Shown: piece by piece, positions 56,790 through 64,000 of the stretch
Layout of the letters: each line of letters starts with the position of its first letter
Numbering within the stretch: position 1 is the stretch's first letter
Virus record (IMG/VR): IMGVR_UViG_3300039208_000195
Coordinates: 351 to 64,350 of that record
DNA: 64,000 nucleotides
Strand: one strand, 5' to 3'
Source: a virus
Notes under the pieces: generated by a model
What the model saw: the letters and a program-made list of their open reading frames with translations, nothing else
Databases searched by the model: none
Told to the model about the DNA's origin: nothing
Translations under genes and position numbers: made by a program

Positions 56790-58204
56790 TGGTCGAAGAA
56801 AATAAGATCAGAGTATACGCGCCAATTGAGGTGCAGGAAGAGGTCGAGAAGGCCGCTATCGAGAAGGCATCTTTCCTTGCTTTCCCTGATGAAAAGCAGC
56901 AGGACCTCCAGTACATGCGATCCGTTTTGGTTTCTGCAGGAACCAACAAGAATGGAGCGCACTTCTTGCCATCGGAGATGATGAAGGCCCACAACACTGT
57001 CGTGCACAAGGCCATCGACATCGAGCATGAGGAGGAGAGAGTAATCGGTCATATCTATGACTGTGCATATCTCTACAAGGACGGAACTACTTTCGATCCT
57101 CTCAAGGTAATGGCAGACTATGAGGAAACAGCTCGTGATCTAGACGAGGTGGATATGGACATCGCAGTAGCTGGTGTTATCCACAAGATGCGCTTTCCAG
57201 AGTACGCGGAGGAGATCTCCGGAGGAGAATGGAAGGTCAGCATGGAGTGTTTCTTCAAGGACTTCGACATTAAGATCGGCGATACCATTATTACACGAGA
57301 CGAGGCGTCGGCCCTGGGTTACAGCGCAGACGATCTCATCGGCGGTTTCGTAAAGGTAGTGGCAGGTCACAAGGAGATGGGTGTCCGTCAGGTAGCCCGT
57401 GTTCTTCGACACATTACCTTTAGTGGAATGGGAATTGTTAAGAATCCCGCTAACCCACATTCCATCATCATGGAGACAGCAGCTCACCGTGAGTTGATGG
57501 AGAAGGGTGAGCAGGTTGTAGACCTGGAGGCAATTGATAACCTCCGAGGTAACAACAAAATTGTACTATCTGAAAAGGCTGGGGAAACCCAGGTTGACAA
57601 GGAGGACGAAGTGGCAGATAATTTAGTAGAGATCTCTACCGCTTCGGCAGATGAGGAGACTCCCAAGCTATTTGTTGAGCTTGACGAGGAGACCGGAGGA
57701 ATCAGCAGAGTACTTACGGTTAGCCCCAACAAGGAAGTTGCAGCCCGCTGGAGCGGTGGTGGACTTCCTGGACCGGGTCGCGTTGGGAGCAATCTCGACG
57801 GTACCTGTGTCAGCTTCAAGAAGAGACTGACTAAGTTCAACGCACTAGATCAGTCTGAGGGCGCAGTCGTAGAGGAGCATTATTGTGCTCTCTTCGAGGA
57901 GCGCTGTCCTGTTATTGGAGCGACCGCTAAGGCCCCTGAGTGCCTCCGCAATCAGAGAAATTCCGTAACCAAGAATCCAGAAGAGACAACTATCACCAAG
58001 ACTGTACGGGAGCATGTCAATGATGCGCCTGGTAATTCCTTTACCACTACCCTCATTACCCCGTATGTTAATTCTGATGAGAAGGCTTCTACTGAACCTC
58101 TTGCAGCTCGCGCAGAGCAGATTTCTCGCCTTCGAGAGGAAGCACAGTCCCTACGTAACTCTCTCCGAGAGTTCGAGATTGATACTGAAAAAAAAAATTC
58201 GTAG
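56789..58204 (+). CDS. putative prohead (maturation) protease
   Basis: Position between portal and scaffold; NKNG, IDIEH...VIGHI, VSMEC and FSGMGIVKNPAN resemble the HK97/herpes protease fold. Confidence 0.6.
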   Translation: MVEENKIRVYAPIEVQEEVEKAAIEKASFLAFPDEKQQDLQYMRSVLVSAGTNKNGAHFLPSEMMKAHNTVVHKAIDIEHEEERVIGHIYDCAYLYKDGTTFDPLKVMADYEETARDLDEVDMDIAVAGVIHKMRFPEYAEEISGGEWKVSMECFFKDFDIKIGDTIITRDEASALGYSADDLIGGFVKVVAGHKEMGVRQVARVLRHITFSGMGIVKNPANPHSIIMETAAHRELMEKGEQVVDLEAIDNLRGNNKIVLSEKAGETQVDKEDEVADNLVEISTASADEETPKLFVELDEETGGISRVLTVSPNKEVAARWSGGGLPGPGRVGSNLDGTCVSFKKRLTKFNALDQSEGAVVEEHYCALFEERCPVIGATAKAPECLRNQRNSVTKNPEETTITKTVREHVNDAPGNSFTTTLITPYVNSDEKASTEPLAARAEQISRLREEAQSLRNSLREFEIDTEKKNS

Positions 58205-58524
58205 TCAGTAGTCAATCGATTGATGCTTCTTCCGTAGTTTCCGACAATTCTGTCGAACGTTTCAGACACAAAATAGACGCATTTCAGAAAGCCCAGGAGC
58301 TAAATCCTCAAGCTGATCGCCAGAAGGCTTCGGGTTTTCTTTTGTTCGTCGGCTCCGGCCCTACTATAGTGGAAGCCGGCGACGATAGAGAAAAAGCAAT
58401 TGAGAAGGCCGTGAGCATTCTCAATGAGCAAGATACTATTGTCTTCCTAGCGAAGACAGTAGCGAATATTGGCCAAATTAAAATCACAAAAGATCAGCTG
58501 ATTCTTACAAGAAAGTCTGAATAA
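58189..58524 (+). CDS. start-less -1 frame extension of 56789 ORF (via A10 slip)
   Basis: Frame opens exactly at the A10 run (TGA at 58186-88 precedes it), has no ATG, and stays open for 111 sense codons. Confidence 0.65.
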   Translation, partial: KKKFVVSSQSIDASSVVSDNSVERFRHKIDAFQKAQELNPQADRQKASGFLLFVGSGPTIVEAGDDREKAIEKAVSILNEQDTIVFLAKTVANIGQIKITKDQLILTRKSE

Positions 58525-58536
58525 GGAGGAAGAAAA

Positions 58537-58743
58537 ATGGCAAAGCCAGATCTTCAGGACGTATATGTTGATCCTGCATCCGGTGATCTTCGCCGACTCG
58601 CAGGTAAGCTGGGACTCGAAGTAGCCCTAGGCAACCTACCCTCCGCTACCGATAACTCTTCTGCAGCAACTGCAGGTGTTCCGGTTGGAGGTCTATACGT
58701 AGACACCAGCGCTGACAACGTAGTTAAGCAGCGCACCGCGTAA
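58537..58743 (+). CDS. small head-decoration/fibre-like protein
   Basis: AAGGAGG RBS; LPSATDNSSAATAGVPVGGLY motif. Confidence 0.65.
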   Translation: MAKPDLQDVYVDPASGDLRRLAGKLGLEVALGNLPSATDNSSAATAGVPVGGLYVDTSADNVVKQRTA

Positions 58744-58917
58744 TCATTCGGATTTAGGAATTAGGTTTTTGATTTACCGGATTAAAATCAAGGAATAGGA
58801 CACGGAGTAGATGAGAGGAAGCGTGACACAAAGCGCACGCCAAGGCATATAACAAGTTACGTTGGGGGACGAAACTTTAAAAGCCAATAAAACTCTATTA
58901 AAGGAGGAAGAGCGACC

Positions 58918-59820
58918 ATGAATAAAGTATTGGAAATGACTCCTGAAGAGTTCAACACAGCAGTTCAGGCAAAGGTCGACGAGGCACTATCTTCTAAGGA
59001 AGAAGCACTCGCACGGCAAGAAGCCGAGGACGCTCTCACCGAAGCAAAGGCAACTTTCGAAACGCTACGCGCGGCCCTTGAGGCAAAGGACGCGAAGATC
59101 GCGGAGTACGAAGAAGCACTCGCTAAGCTGGACACCGACGCCCCTTCGGAGGCAGAGGTTGCGGCTAATGAGAGAACCGTTGAACTTGAGGCGCAGATTG
59201 CTGAGCTATCGCGCCGAGCTGAGGTAGCCGAGGCTGCCCTGGAGACGCTCGCTCGTGAGGAGACTGCTGCCGGACGCATGTCCGAGCTTGAAGAAGCAGG
59301 TGTCGCTCTAGAGGGCGATGAAGCTGAGCGTCAGTATGCTAAGATTCGCGCGTTTGATGACGACGAATTCGCAGCGTACCGAAATGAACTAGTTGCTCTT
59401 AAGAGCAAGTATGCATCCTCTTCCGAAGAAGCAGGAGAAGACTCCGAGGACATTGAGCTAGCAGAGGCAGAGATTGCTTCTATCGCTGAATCCCTTGGTT
59501 GTGATCCGCAAGACGACAAGTGCGTATCTCTAGTACGCGACGTCGCTGAGAAGATGGCGCAGGTAACCCGCGACCGCAAGGCCGCCCCGGCTGCTGAAGA
59601 GGCAGGCGAGGAGGCTCCTGAGGCCGAGGGTACCGAGGTTGCTGATGAAGTAACCGAGGAGCCTCAGAAGGAGACCGCTTCTGCGAAGATGTCTCTGGGC
59701 GAGGCTGTTGCAAAGTCTATGGATCAGGAGATTGTGGCTAACCCCACACTTAAGAATGAGCTTGCCCAAGCATGGGAAGAGCGCTACGCTGAAAAGCGTG
59801 GTGAAAACAAATCCGAGTAA
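58918..59820 (+). CDS. capsid scaffolding protein
   Basis: Very Glu/Ala-rich coiled coil upstream of decoration and MCP; strong RBS. Confidence 0.8.
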   Translation: MNKVLEMTPEEFNTAVQAKVDEALSSKEEALARQEAEDALTEAKATFETLRAALEAKDAKIAEYEEALAKLDTDAPSEAEVAANERTVELEAQIAELSRRAEVAEAALETLAREETAAGRMSELEEAGVALEGDEAERQYAKIRAFDDDEFAAYRNELVALKSKYASSSEEAGEDSEDIELAEAEIASIAESLGCDPQDDKCVSLVRDVAEKMAQVTRDRKAAPAAEEAGEEAPEAEGTEVADEVTEEPQKETASAKMSLGEAVAKSMDQEIVANPTLKNELAQAWEERYAEKRGENKSE

Positions 59821-59834
59821 GGAGGAAATGAGAC

Positions 59835-60305
59835 ATGGTATTCATTCCACGTGACCCAGTTATGCAGAACCAGTTCCTTGTTCATGATTCGAGCAAGGGC
59901 ACCACTGCGACCGCTGGTGCGGTTGTCTCCCTCTCTGCTAGTGAAAAGGTTGAGGTCGTTTCGGGCACTAATACTGCCCCTTATGGTTTCCTCATGCAGA
60001 ACGTGAAGGCTGAGTCTTCCGCTCACCCCACCGGGTTTAGACTTCCTGGTGATCTGGGTAGCTCTGACGCGTTTACCGGTGATCCGGTAGGCGTTGCTCA
60101 CCTTGGTCTGTATGACACCACTTTCTACGACACTTCCGAAACTTATACGGCAGGCGCTGAGCTTGGCGTAACAGCAGAGGGAAAGGTTACCCCGTCTGGT
60201 TCGGGTAACGATCTTGGCATCGGCAATGTAGCCGTTGCGCAGAATTCTCTGGATTCCACAGCAGTTGCTGCTGGTTCCAGCCTACGAGTCAAGCTACTCG
60301 TATAA
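59835..60305 (+). CDS. capsid decoration/stabilising protein
   Basis: Small beta protein between scaffold and MCP (GDPVGVAHLGLYDT...YTAG). Confidence 0.75.
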   Translation: MVFIPRDPVMQNQFLVHDSSKGTTATAGAVVSLSASEKVEVVSGTNTAPYGFLMQNVKAESSAHPTGFRLPGDLGSSDAFTGDPVGVAHLGLYDTTFYDTSETYTAGAELGVTAEGKVTPSGSGNDLGIGNVAVAQNSLDSTAVAAGSSLRVKLLV

Positions 60306-60329
60306 ATCAACCCAAAGGAGGCTTCTATC

Positions 60330-61397
60330 ATGGATAGAACAAAGCTACAGGAAATGTTCCAAGCAACTGCAGCTATCGACACTCCCGAGGGTGTTGAGGC
60401 GTATAAGGCATTTGCACAGGCACTGACCGTTCCGATTCTCCAGGAGATTCGCGACGCGTCGATCATGCGACAGCTCTTCGCTGTCGAGCGACTCGCCCCC
60501 GGTGCACAGGCCGTTTACCCAGTTGCTGACGACTTCGACGTTCCGGTATTCGTACTTCCGGGACTCGGATACATCGCACAGAACTTCATTGAGGGCGTTG
60601 GTGAGGAAGTCTACGTGCCTACCTTCTCCATCTCCGTTTCGGCGGACTGGAAGGTCACTTATGCACGTGACTCTCGCATCGACATCCCCGAGCGTGCAGC
60701 TCGAAACGCAGCACGAGCAATTGCAGACTACGAGGAGGAGTCCGGTTGGCGAGTAATCGTTCCCGGTGCTACCACCAACTTCGCAGGTCAGGGTCTTCTC
60801 GGCCCACGCAATGCTCCAATTTTCCAGGTTCCCGGTGGTTCCACCGGTGAGAAGTTCCTCTCCAAGGAACTACTTAACCTGATGATGGTCGGAATGAAGC
60901 GCACCCGCCGCTCCCTAACCGACCTCTACATCTCCCCTGAGGACGCCGCTGACATTCGTGAGTGGACCGATACTCAGGTAGATCCGATCACTCGCCGAGA
61001 GATTTTCCAGGCGGCTGGAATGGGTCGTATCTGGAACGTCAACATGCACGAGGTATTCCAGCTAGGTGCCACTGGTCGATTCAACATCAACCAGAACGGC
61101 GCTCAGTATGGTGTCTTCCAGGTTGACGGCTCTGGCGACTTCAATGACTACACCCCGACGAACGTTAACACCGTTGATGCCAACGGTGCGGTAACTTCCG
61201 CTGGTGAGACTCAGATCTACGGATTCGATCTCTCCGTTAACGACTCGCTCGTAATGCCTGTTCGCAAGGAGTTTGAGGCTCATGATGACCCGACTCTCCT
61301 TCGACAGCAGAAGCAGGGATTCTTCGGCTGGGAAGAGGTTGGCTTCGCCCTCCTCGACTCTCGAATGGTCCAGCTTGGTGTTATCGACCGAAGCTAA
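60330..61397 (+). CDS. major capsid protein (HK97 fold)
   Basis: 355 aa, position, strong RBS, QGFFGWEEVGFALLD C-terminal P-domain pattern. Confidence 0.85.
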   Translation: MDRTKLQEMFQATAAIDTPEGVEAYKAFAQALTVPILQEIRDASIMRQLFAVERLAPGAQAVYPVADDFDVPVFVLPGLGYIAQNFIEGVGEEVYVPTFSISVSADWKVTYARDSRIDIPERAARNAARAIADYEEESGWRVIVPGATTNFAGQGLLGPRNAPIFQVPGGSTGEKFLSKELLNLMMVGMKRTRRSLTDLYISPEDAADIREWTDTQVDPITRREIFQAAGMGRIWNVNMHEVFQLGATGRFNINQNGAQYGVFQVDGSGDFNDYTPTNVNTVDANGAVTSAGETQIYGFDLSVNDSLVMPVRKEFEAHDDPTLLRQQKQGFFGWEEVGFALLDSRMVQLGVIDRS

Positions 61398-61410
61398 GCA
61401 TTCATCCCTT

Positions 61411-61438
61411 GGGAGGAGGGGGTTTGCCCTCTCCTCCC
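61411..61438 (+). other. 12-bp hairpin after MCP stop (mRNA-stabilising/processing)
   Basis: GGGAGGAGGGGG-TTTG-CCCTCTCCTCCC, no U tract. Confidence 0.7.
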
Positions 61439-61469
61439 TCTGGGAGCAAGATTATCATGGGGACCAATA

Positions 61470-61513
61470 GCCGGTAGGGATTCACAACAGCTATGTCCCG
61501 GACCGGTTTTTTT
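61470..61513 (+). terminator. intrinsic terminator with alternative antiterminator pairing
   Basis: CCGGT/ACCGG plus GGGAT/GTCCC stem directly followed by T7. Confidence 0.6.
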
Positions 61514-61606
61514 GTATCCGGTTATCGCCAGGGGGCGGTTCGTCCTAGGTAAAGTTGAAGTCTCCCCGCTTCATACCGTCCTCTGGCCCAAGAATAGGAG
61601 AATTAA

Positions 61607-61966
61607 ATGGACTTTCATCTTTATCTTTTGTTGATCCTCGGTATGTCTTTTGCTACCGAGGCGGTGGTAGAATTACTCGTTAAGTCGGTCGTTTTCGAAC
61701 CGGTTAGAAAGTTTGTATCCAGAGTTAATTGGTTTAAGCAGCTTTTCAGCTGCGGTTACTGCATGTCCGTATGGGTAGCAGCCGCAGCCGTCGCTTGCGT
61801 CCCCGTAGCGGTGATGCCCCTCTCTGACTTTGTTCTTGTTAACATTCTAGCCACTACATTGGTGGTACATCGGTTGTCTAACGTCATGCATAATGTGATT
61901 GACAAGTGGACCGACAAGTACTACGATATGAGATTCGTTAATACCGACAAGGGAGAGGAGAATTAG
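61607..61966 (+). CDS. membrane protein, DUF1360-like
   Basis: TM helices with FSCGYCMSVWV. Confidence 0.65.
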   Translation: MDFHLYLLLILGMSFATEAVVELLVKSVVFEPVRKFVSRVNWFKQLFSCGYCMSVWVAAAAVACVPVAVMPLSDFVLVNILATTLVVHRLSNVMHNVIDKWTDKYYDMRFVNTDKGEEN

Positions 61967-62515
61967 ATGAAGGGTTTTGTTAAAAACAACAGCGACCGTG
62001 CTATCTTCAGAGCACAGCGTCAGTTCACTATGGGCGGCAAGGTTAGCTTTGATGCCTTGTATGCTTCCTTCGGGGAGGCTAGTGAGTTGGGAGAGGGTGC
62101 TAAGTTTGTTGAGTATCTTCGGGATAGGTTCTTCAAGGAGCCGATCTGGGGATTCTACAATGAGGACGGTTCTCCTTATTTCAAGGAGAAGAAGTCCGCA
62201 GCCCCTAAGGCTCCGGAAGAGGCTCCTAAGAAGAAGGTCGCTCGAAAGAAGACCGCAGCAAAGAAGAAGGCAGCCAAGAAGGCCCCTGCTAAGGGCGCGG
62301 GCCGGAGATTGAAGAAGGACACCGATAGAGTAACGGCGTCCCAGATCGACGCGGGCGCTATCATTAACGCGGAATTGACTCAGGCGAAAGCCATGATTGA
62401 GCAGACAAACGACAGGGGCATCTTGAAGAGAGCACTTACTCTGTCCAATCACCTGTCACAAAAAGAAGACCATAGACGCCTCATTCAGCGGAGGTTGGAA
62501 CAAGTCTACAACTAA
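61967..62515 (+). CDS. protein with Lys/Ala-rich histone-like segment
   Basis: KKKVARKKTAAKKKAAKKAPAK. Confidence 0.7.
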   Translation: MKGFVKNNSDRAIFRAQRQFTMGGKVSFDALYASFGEASELGEGAKFVEYLRDRFFKEPIWGFYNEDGSPYFKEKKSAAPKAPEEAPKKKVARKKTAAKKKAAKKAPAKGAGRRLKKDTDRVTASQIDAGAIINAELTQAKAMIEQTNDRGILKRALTLSNHLSQKEDHRRLIQRRLEQVYN

Positions 62516-62531
62516 GGGGGAATCCTAAAAC

Positions 62532-63488
62532 ATGTCAGTCCTCAAGCCAGTTATTGAAAGTATTGTTCAAGGTACTCTAACAATAACCGCGACCTCGACG
62601 GAAGCAGTGGGGACGCTTTTTGATAAGATTCGCATCTTTAGGGCTACCGCTGTAAGCGGACCCTATTCCATGATCGCTGAGATTGATATCGCATCTCCGG
62701 CGGTCTATTGTGATCTAACCAGTACACCACATCTGTACTACAAGGCTCAGTATTACAACAGTACCACAATGGTTTCGAGTGTGTTCTCGGAAGTGGCTCA
62801 GGAGACGGGAATCTTCTCCGAGTACACTGTACCCGAGAGTACTGCTACATATCCCCCTGAGATCGCGCTGAGCGACGATGACAGGGAGATTGTAGAGTCT
62901 ATCCGTCTGACCCTAGGGGACAGCGGACTTATCGAGAGAGACCTCTACGACGTCTCTGATCCCCAGTCTGTAGTATCGTGCGGAGCACAGATTGATCCGG
63001 ACGGTTGCACTTGGGAGATGAGCGAGTGGAAGGGATGGCCTCAGAGGGTTCTACTTAATGGAATCGAAAAGACCGATATCAATGACCCTCAGGTTATTGG
63101 CTATCGGTATTTGTCTTTTAGTGGTACTGGGCCGTGCATTACAGGCTCTCTAGACGTTTACTACAACCACTTCAGGTTCTCTGATCGAGAAATCCTGATG
63201 GCGTATGACCGAGCACGAAATCTACTAGTCTCCTGCGGACTCACCGAGGATAGAATTACTACCGAGATGAGGATCATGCAGGCGTCTATTCTTTTGCTTG
63301 AGGGTGAAATTAGAGAAATTTCCCAGGGCGCATTCAAGATTGTTGATGGTGACACTACCTACGACAACAGCGCTATGATTCGTTCCCGCACCGAGGATCT
63401 CTCTGATCTAAAGCGTAAGATCGATCATTTAGTCGAATGCGCTCGGTATGCTGCGGCTTACGACATCACTGGTTGTAGGATCGACTAA
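62532..63488 (+). CDS. putative head-tail adaptor/neck protein
   Basis: Post-MCP position; beta N-domain and adaptor-like helical C terminus (FSDREILMAY...DGDTTYDNS). Confidence 0.6.
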   Translation: MSVLKPVIESIVQGTLTITATSTEAVGTLFDKIRIFRATAVSGPYSMIAEIDIASPAVYCDLTSTPHLYYKAQYYNSTTMVSSVFSEVAQETGIFSEYTVPESTATYPPEIALSDDDREIVESIRLTLGDSGLIERDLYDVSDPQSVVSCGAQIDPDGCTWEMSEWKGWPQRVLLNGIEKTDINDPQVIGYRYLSFSGTGPCITGSLDVYYNHFRFSDREILMAYDRARNLLVSCGLTEDRITTEMRIMQASILLLEGEIREISQGAFKIVDGDTTYDNSAMIRSRTEDLSDLKRKIDHLVECARYAAAYDITGCRID

Positions 63489-64000
63489 TGCCACGTAAAC
63501 TAGTCACAAAGCGAATGAAGCAGGACTATAAGAAGAAGATCCAGCAACTGGTACTAGACTTGTCCCAGGAGCTGATCATTGTACAGGAAAGTCCGATGTT
63601 CGTGGACTGTCCTAACTGCGTTTGGGATTCCATTAACAAGAAGTCTTCTAACATCCATGATGCTACTTTCGTGGCTCCTATCATCATCTTCTCTGGTACT
63701 AGCGAGGAGCGGACCATTTCCCCGATCCCTTTCACCGAGGGTCGGTGCCCCGTCTGCATCGGAGAAGGCCAGATCTTTACCCCCAAGGAAGTTTGTATTC
63801 CTGCTATGATCAACTTCTTCTCGGAGACGGGAAGACGAGGATCTTTCATGTCCACAGCAGCTGGTAAGGAAGGTGTTAGCTTGGTGACTGTCAAGACCCT
63901 AGCTTGCCATTACGACCTGCTGTACAATAACGAAGTCTTCTTCATGCACAGCAATGTTAAGCTGGGCAAGTTCAAGCCCCCTTTCCTGAGAGGACTGGGT
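63488..64000 (+). CDS. putative neck/head-closure protein, truncated by window end (not in ORF track)
   Basis: ATG 63488 overlaps the previous TAA; MPRKLVTKR...CPNC...CPVC; open to the end of the window. Confidence 0.65.
   Translation, partial: MPRKLVTKRMKQDYKKKIQQLVLDLSQELIIVQESPMFVDCPNCVWDSINKKSSNIHDATFVAPIIIFSGTSEERTISPIPFTEGRCPVCIGEGQIFTPKEVCIPAMINFFSETGRRGSFMSTAAGKEGVSLVTVKTLACHYDLLYNNEVFFMHSNVKLGKFKPPFLRGLG

Noticed and set aside
58809-58876. Hammerhead-like fragments (GATGAG ... CGAAAC) upstream of the scaffold gene
   Set aside because: The CUGA core is absent and the intervening region does not form the required short stem II.
110-63894. Numerous minus-strand and alternative-frame ORFs in the track (e.g. 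52896-53429, 47846-48454, 61847-62452, 11459-11986)
   Set aside because: They overlap well-supported + strand genes, have no recognisable motifs or RBS, and look like antisense shadows.
1-64000. CRISPR array, tRNA/rRNA genes, reverse transcriptase/DGR, transposase
   Set aside because: No regularly spaced repeats, T-loop/cloverleaf signatures in intergenic DNA, RT motifs or TR/VR pairs were seen by eye. tRNAscan/CRT would be the definitive check.
1-64000. Stop-codon reassignment (as in some large phages)
   Set aside because: Conserved enzymes are uninterrupted in the standard code, and genes end in TAA, TAG and TGA with tight coupling.

Overview
A 64-kb segment of a large tailed (Caudoviricetes) dsDNA bacteriophage genome. 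All supportable genes lie on the + strand and use the standard code (TAA, TAG and TGA are all used as stops). Many are preceded by near-consensus sigma70 promoters (TTGACA-17-TATAAT). From left to right: small hypothetical genes and LamG-type virion proteins; a host-like metabolism/replication block (ndk, def, deoC, dnaX, holA, HAD nucleotidase, deoxyribosyltransferase-like, IMPDH/GMPR, map, cold-shock, dut plus a degenerate dut, patatin); an actin-superfamily ATPase; a cluster of fibre/baseplate-like virion proteins built from shuffled paralogous domains; HNH, FAD oxidoreductase, GNAT, thyA-folA-dNMP kinase; a NusG paralogue; and the packaging/head module (terS, terL, portal, Cys-repeat protein, Dps, putative prohead protease, scaffold, decoration, major capsid, neck). 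The strongest unexplained signal is in the head module. A G_GGA_AAA -1 slippery site with a downstream stem-loop would fuse an 802-aa protein carrying eight C-x12-C repeats to a Dps ferritin domain. A second -1 slip at an A10 tract would extend the putative prohead protease by about 109 aa. Recurring E-x-A|(A/S) linkers suggest the cargo is a protease-processed polyprotein. Several intergenic leaders have switch-like alternative folds. No tRNA, CRISPR array, RT or transposase was seen. All family assignments come from motifs recognised by eye; no database search was run.
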